A stretch of 64,000 nt of DNA from Iphione sp. A-MEVVRFRX5 (Eukaryota), in contig OZ320314.1 of assembly GCA_976226885.1 (NCBI GenBank), positions 67,208,001 to 67,272,000 of the forward strand, given 5' to 3'. The notes under the pieces were generated by a model. It made no database searches, had not been told where the DNA came from, and saw nothing but the letters and a program-made list of their open reading frames with translations. A program made the translations under genes and the position numbers. Numbering within the stretch: the first letter of the stretch is position 1; each line of letters opens with the position of its first letter. Below, piece by piece: positions 56,896 to 64,000 of this stretch.

Positions 56896-59800
56896 AAGTG
56901 GTGCCAGAACTCCTGCTCATGCCCTATACACTGAGACTATTGCACTCAAAGTGGTATGAAAACCTTGTCTTAGATCATTTATACATATAAGAGCCCATGA
57001 CTTTATATGGAAATCAGTCAAGCCATTGTATCTCCACTTACGGTTGAATGTATTGATAGCATGTTCAATGTAGCACCAGGTCTATGTGCACGTACATATA
57101 TCTACATAGCCATGGTTCTCTACATGTGCGTTGTAGAGAGAAACAGAGACGGAGACCCTTTTTGGGATGGAACACATAATTGCAGTGCAGCAATAGTGTA
57201 TTCTGACATTTTTAGTTCGTATTTAGCCAATTTAAGTACAACTTATGTAAGTCAATTCTGCTCTTCATTCGATGAATCTAGACAACTTGTCACAAAAATT
57301 GGATTCCTGACCTGTTTGAGATTGATTTATGGAAAATCTAAGACACTCAGACAGACACAGTGACACACTACCTTAAAGCAACGATAGATTCACTCATCCT
57401 ACTATTCAAACTCGCCTAAACACATACTGACAGTACACTTACCAGCCCTAGACTTTGATTATATTCTCAGATATACATGTACACTCATTCGCACAATCAA
57501 AAAACAAAATATCCCACGCTGACGTGTAACTAACATACAATCACGATGCAAGCAAATGGAGCGATTTTTAAAACGTGAGATATACATATAACACTGATTA
57601 CAATCACGATGTTTATGTAGTAGTTTGCTAAATGAGACTTGTTCCTGATATCGCTTAAGCATGGTAATATTCTAGGAGATGTAGAAGATCATCTGGACTT
57701 TTAATGAATACTGAATAACAGACGATACGGAAGGAAAATTAAAAATTCATGATTATTTTGAACTATCAATGTAACTGTACATGTGGTTCTTGAAAATCCT
57801 GATTTGAATGGTTCTAGACTCCTATGCGGGTTGGTTTCCAATGTACTCCCAACTAAAAGTTTGACAAGGTATTATGAACCCAAAAATATAAAGATTAGAT
57901 CAACTTGCGGACTGATTATTAGGATTCAATGACAGTTGAAAACTGACTTCTTTACTTCTATATAAATATGTCAGTCCTGCTTCGCTGGCAAAGAATAAAG
58001 GGTGAAAACGTTTTTATTTGATGCAAGCCGAAGGGTTGTTCGTCATACTTTGTTTTACCGAATTGTCGATATTAAGCATTAGAGCATATAATAAGATTTA
58101 ATCCCATGTTGAACTCACTTCCCAAAAGAAACGTAGAACATGAATATCAATAAAAGAACGGTGATGGTGTAGAATTTCCTAATTACGCGGAGAGATGGTT
58201 ACTAGGAATGTGTAAAGAGGGCACCACTGGTATTGTTCGTCATTCCTGCTCAGTTTGTTGTGCGAATAAATTGATTTTCTCTTAAATAATACGTTCTGCT
58301 GGGCAATCCTGACCCATCAGCTCATCCTTTGTATTCAATAGCTGCAGTGCTCCTAATATGATGCCTGTTTCCAGAAAAATTTAAAATGGAAAGGGGGTAA
58401 CTCCCTCGGATTAAATGTTGCAGTGTTCACTAAACGCATGCAATTCGGCAGGATAGTGGGACCTTCAGAAGGGGAGATGCCGCAATGTCCTCGGTACTAC
58501 ATACCGTACATGTGGCAGATTTATGTGATTTTAATATTCAATTTTGAAGGAGGGTATAATACAAAATATCCTAAAATGGTAGCATTATTCAAGCAAGAAT
58601 AAGAAGATTCCATTCATCAAAGGCAAATAATTGCTTTTCTCATGTTCTTGAAATGTTGAAAACTATTAAAATTGTCAAACTGACAGTTCTGTGTTTTTCC
58701 GATGTCCTAGACATGGGCATTAACATGGTTTATTGGATTCTTACAGACGGGACATATGCTTAGCAACATAATACTTATATTTGACATTTACGCTATAGTG
58801 ATTATATGTAACTAAAAATACCCGTTCCGCTCTACTGGACGGGGGAAGACAGCACCCTTCTCAGGAGAGGAAAGTTACTCCACTAAGTTGCCCTCTGGTA
58901 GGAACGGAGTCCCTGTCCACATATACTATTGATTCTATCAGGAGATTAGAAGCTGCACTGCCAGATGACATCAGAGCTACACAGTGTAGTTTCCCTGGAC
59001 ATACTGGTATAACCGCAAACGTATTTGCCAGTTTACATTTCAGTGTATATATTGTAATCTTGAACGTGTTTTTTCTAACAAACTGGTTCCATCAGAGCAC
59101 ATTATTAGAAAGGTTCTCTGTACCATACCACCATTGTGAAATATTCCTTTTTTATTTCCGTCTGGTTAACATTTTTTACTTCGTTTGGGTCTGTTTCTGT
59201 CCTATATTTTGGCTTTCAATTTTAGTATTTATAAGGTCCCTGGTTTCAGTCAATGTAAATTCGTTATTCTATTCTTAAAATTCAGTTCCGTCTGGTGAAA
59301 CTGGGTGATGTTTCAATATTGATATGCATGCCTGGGAGTTCATTTTCAACCTGGAAGCCATAACGATTATCGTATTGTCAATTAAGTCTATCTGAGTGGA
59401 CGATACAAACCATGACACGTAATCTGAGTTGTGTGAATTGTGTTGACGGTTATGCTCTTTCTTTTACCTTGTAGAAGAACTAAACAATATCCAAAATGTT
59501 TTCGAGTCGTTATAGATACATACGTATACATGTATTGGTATTTGTATATTTTTATTAGTCATCTCTGTGTTACAAGGATAAAGATCAAACAGTGCATACA
59601 ATAAAGGTTTAAGTATAGGGCAATATAGCAAGTGAACATGCCATCATCACAGACTCAATGTAGCATTGTGTGCAGAGCGGCTTTCTGAGAAGGAAATCTT
59701 CACCATTGACAGCTTACTGGTTTGCTTGTCTGAGTCTTGGTCCTAAACTAAAAAATACACAGTAACTTTGACTAAAAAGCCTCACTAGTTTTCCATACAA

Positions 59801-60490
59801 TGATGTTTCTGAGAATTTGCATTCTAGTAGATGAAGCCTTGCTCTTTCCTATAAAGTTTGAAGCAAGATTCTGTCATGTATATTTCTGTTTTTAGAACTA
59901 CTTCAAAGATCTATTACATAAGCATTCATTGAAAATATTAGATAATGGAAAGGAACATACACCATCAGAAAGCCTGATCTGTTAGCTTTAATTTGAAGTA
60001 TAACATGTACATGTATATGTTGTGTATCAATTAGGTGTGAGGAAAATTAAGTGAAAAAAGTTACCCCCCCACTCTCTACATATCGTCTGTTTATAATCAT
60101 ACTGCTTGTTTTGTGATGTAAGCCTAATATTTTTCCTGAAAATAGTTTTTAAATGCTACTAACAAATTGTTCATATCTGAAAACCTTCGTGTCTAAAGTT
60201 TCATGACTAAGGAAAAGGTATAGGAAAATTTATCGTGTTGCCACACTTTAGTAAATTTTCTGCATTGTTCCTATGAGAAAATATTCTACCTAATTCTTCC
60301 CTTTTTATGGTATGAAACCTTTTATAATTCAACAAACACTCTTTTTTAAAAATTCAAAATGCAAAATAAAGGAAAGGGTGTCTTTCATCTACCAGAAACA
60401 ATGTTAATGTCATAGGAGAGATTTTAAGAAGTATTGTCATGTTCCCACTTAATGATACCATATGTTCCCTCTTAAGGTAGAGGGCTATTA

Positions 60491-60842
60491 GCCCCCCCCC
60501 CCCCAAAAAAAATAGGTGTGTTTCTGGTAATGACAGGCACAACCTAGGGAAGGGGGGTATCTTCTTTTTTTGATGATTTTTCCCACTTTCCTCCTCTGGT
60601 TTTCAAAAATAATAAAGATTATATGAAGAATTTTGACCAATTTGCATGAGTTTTACAGTTCTTTGCTGAAATTCCATGGATTTATTGTCTTTCTAATGAT
60701 TTTACCAAAAACATGTGCTGTGAAAATATGTATCTAAGAAAATTTAATGTTGGAAACTCTTTGGGGCCAAAAACATTTTAGGTAGGGTGAGGTTATACTA
60801 GGTAGGGGTGGGTGACCAGAAACACGCCTATTTCTTTTGGCC
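60491..60842. mobile_element. Second copy of the same MITE, opposite orientation
   Basis: Reverse complement aligns along the full length of 22591-22938. TTA on both flanks; left TIR altered by a poly-C expansion. Confidence 0.85.
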
Positions 60843-61570
60843 TTAGGGCAGGCAATTCACTCAATATGACATCATTTGTGCGAGCTAGCCCAGTTATGAT
60901 GGATTAACATCAATATCGGTTCAGTATACACAAATAAATCAACCTGGCATCAGCAATCACAGACACAGCAGTGTCTCACCATTAGCTTGAAATGGTAAAA
61001 TGATCAGGTATTTACATAAAAATGGACTAGGTGTTTCCCTTTCTTAGAGATGTACTTTGGCGTTTATCTCTTTGGGAGGCAATGACTGTATTAGGAAGCA
61101 AAAGAGTTTGTATGCATCTACGCCCTAGTTTGATTTGGGCGTCTAGTTTAGATTTTAAATGGAACAAGGAAATGCATTGGAATTTTCTTTAAAAACTTTT
61201 AATTTCTATCATAATAAAAAGAACACAGTATATGCTCTCTTAGGTTACAATATGTTTTCTGTAGTTTTATGCCATGGCTAGCTATGAAACCATTTTATGT
61301 CCGTGTATAGTCTCAGAAAGTTAACATAGGTTTGCTAGTTTAACCCGCTACGAATGAAATTCATGAATCTTGCTGATTCATGAATCAATGCATGACTTAT
61401 ATGTCTCTGTACATAGTCTATATGGGTGTTAGTGCTCTAACCAACTGTGCCATAGAGACTGAACAATAGTTAGACAGTTGTTTTTGTGTATACATGTATA
61501 TTTTCAAGTTTTTACAATGTTAATTACCTTAACTCCACATGTATTATATTTTTCCATGCTATGCAATATC

Positions 61571-61572
<2 letters not shown>

Positions 61573-61612
<40 letters not shown>

Positions 61613-61620
61613 CTCTCTCT
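61573..61620. repeat. (CT)n microsatellite
   Basis: Uninterrupted ct run of ~35 bp plus a degenerate tail. Confidence 0.95.
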
Positions 61621-64000
61621 TGCGTCTTCTATACCACCCAACTCATACTTTATCTACTACATGTACATTAATGTCATGTAGAGGAGTTGTCCATACAAAA
61701 TGGAGAAATATACTAAGATTATAAGCTGCATGTTTTTCACCTAGTGGTACTCTATTGTTTTCCATATATCCCAGAAAAATTATGCTACGTGTATTTTGAT
61801 ATTGAAAGTTGTATGCTTTCTACAGAATCGGACAGTTTTCTTTATTTTCCGTTTTCCCCGATTCCATAACCTGTGCGACATGGCTGTCCTGAAGTCTAGA
61901 GAAGGTTTCGACCACTTTGTTCTGTTTGATGTACAGGTGGATATAGAAAATTAACTGTTTTTGTAATTCATCCATTTTCTATCACCTCGTTTCCTGACTG
62001 ATTATGAACACATTATGTTGAATACCAGGCACAACCGGAGTGAGCAAGTGCAACCTTTTTTTACAAGCGGGCCTTTCGGAATTGCCTGGAACAAACGCCA
62101 ATACAAAATTCAAAAGAACCTGCACAATATATGCATTATTTGTGCTTTCGATTCTCTACAGCTCTATCGATTTAAAGTCCATCCAAACTGTCATAACGAA
62201 TTCAGTATTTTGACGTTTCCTGTGCATGTCAGTATTGATTTCTCCAGTTTATATCACATCAGCGTACTGGCCAATGAGCCTATAATGCCCCCTTTCTATT
62301 TTTTCAGCAAACTCTACCAACACCACCATATAAAGGTGTAGCCTCCAGATATGTAACCTGTTCTCATTAAGCTTGGTCATATGCAGCCGTATTTTCTGCA
62401 CATTTCCCTTACCTCCATCTAAGTCAGTTGTTGATATACCTATTCTAAAGATGTTTCTGTCCATGCAAGCTATGCTGTCTCCTTCCCTTAACTTTACTGT
62501 ATAATATGTTAGTGTTCTATTCCAAATTGAACAAGGTATCATGTTGCATAAAGTCAACCCTCAATTCCAAATAACTATCCGTTTAAGAATAAGACGCCTG
62601 ACAGTTATTATTATAAATCCCATGTTATGTCAGTGATTTGCTTATTCTACCAATGCCGGTCACGTAGAGTCTATTCTAAGCTTCGTTGATTGCACTCATT
62701 GATTACTCGCTGCTATTGCTTGTGGAGTTTTCGCAAGTGAAGAGAAATAAACTTCAAATCATTATCAACATGTTTTTGTTAGGTGGAGTTAGTAGGAGAC
62801 TATCAATGTAACACGGACTATCACTACATTTGAATTCAAGGGATACAGGAACGAGAGATGCGATGTTTCACCTTATGGATGGTCCTCTTCTGCTTCCGGA
62901 GGACATATCAACTAGTAGCTGCAATCATCTTGAAAAGGAAGGGTTATTAGTTAAACATCATTGCTATAAAACCAGAATGTCGTATCATAACAGTCAATAT
63001 ATATAGAATATGTAACGTATGTACTGGCATAACGGTCCAGAACAAAAGTTTCGTGAAAATGAAACAATTTAAGGTACTGCTAGGGAAAGATAAGTGTGTC
63101 AGTAAACTGCTCCACTGATAAACCACGGCTATGATACTGGTTAACTATAGTACTGAATCAAGTAAACTGGCTTTTGTAAGAAAACGATATTGCTCTGCCA
63201 CGCATATGTGGTTTTAAATCCATGACCTTAAATTTACTGTATTCTTAGAAGCCTCTTTTACTTTTGAAACAATAACTTATAAAGACGGATGATGCCTCCG
63301 GGCTTTCCAGGGCAAAAGCCTTCTGATGCCTGAAGGCATTCCCATGTAATGGGTGAACGATACCTTGAGGTATCATGAATGAGGTATGTTTCTGAAGTGT
63401 TTGGAATTTTTGTGACTTTTTGCATAAAGGACATATGTAAAATAATTACATAGGATAAGCTAATACCTTTTTATGTAACTGACTTGAAATGGCATTATTA
63501 TGTAGAGAGCTTGACGTAGGCAAGGGTCTTTTCTCTCAGAATGGTACCGTGAGTGGCCAACATTCTGTATATCCCTCCTCAATTGTTTGGTTTTGTTTTT
63601 TGGGGGGAGGGGCATGCTTTTAGTGTTTTTAGGTTCCCATTGTTATAGGCTGGACCAGGGGTGACCTGGTTGAGTTTTTACCATTGTTTATCACACGGTT
63701 TTGATTAATGTCTTATCAGGCACATTTTGATCTCAAATTTATTGAGTTTTTTTTTAGGGGGATGATAGTTTTTCTCTGAAAATAAGCACACGTTCTACAA
63801 GCGTGATGGTCACATTCACCTGGTATAAAATCCCCTCACCCTCTAGCAGGGTGTTAAGCTAGGTATCCTAACCTTGGAGTGACCATCTCATACCTGGCCC
63901 AGCCTTGAATCAGTTGAACTTCTGTGTTGTGCGACCGACAGATAACCTTCCTACCGCACAATGTAGACAGAACTGGCAAGCACAAGCCTTAATTTGATGC

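Noticed and set aside
62249-62557. 102-aa minus-strand ORF in the CpG-poor distal region
   Set aside because: No recognisable family or supporting exon structure.
1-64000. tRNA, rRNA, SINE heads and hammerhead ribozyme cores
   Set aside because: Manual scanning for B-box (GGTTCGA) contexts and CUGANGA...GAAA cores found no complete structure; a tRNAscan-SE/Infernal run would be needed to exclude them formally.

Overview
Metazoan genomic DNA with GT-AG introns and mosaic CpG content. A lophotrochozoan or annelid-like host is my inference from the gene family, not proven. The first ~43 kb hold one + strand multi-exon gene for an orphan single-pass receptor (SUEL lectin, CUB, sushi-like Cys module, TM, Tyr-motif tail; ~573 codons in six phase-compatible exons, with the 5' end uncertain or outside the window). 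Its last intron contains a complete, apparently very young 9,027-bp Ty3/Gypsy LTR retrotransposon in sense orientation (32058-41084). It has identical 288-bp LTRs, a tRNA-Leu PBS, a PPT, an intact gag and a putative -1 frameshift. Its pol frame continues ~1,200 aa past integrase into two C2H2 zinc fingers, an NLS-rich disordered region, a 68-72-aa tandem repeat and an unknown C-terminal domain; this extension is the most unusual object in the window. Downstream lies a dead Ngaro-type tyrosine-recombinase retrotransposon (52639-56895, minus strand) with A1-ORFs-B1-A2-B2 split direct repeats and a strong CpG-deamination signature. Also present: two copies of a TTA-flanked MITE, several eroded LINE fragments, small tandem arrays, palindromes, and an excess of the octamer TACATGTA. 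I found no RNA genes or CRISPR arrays.
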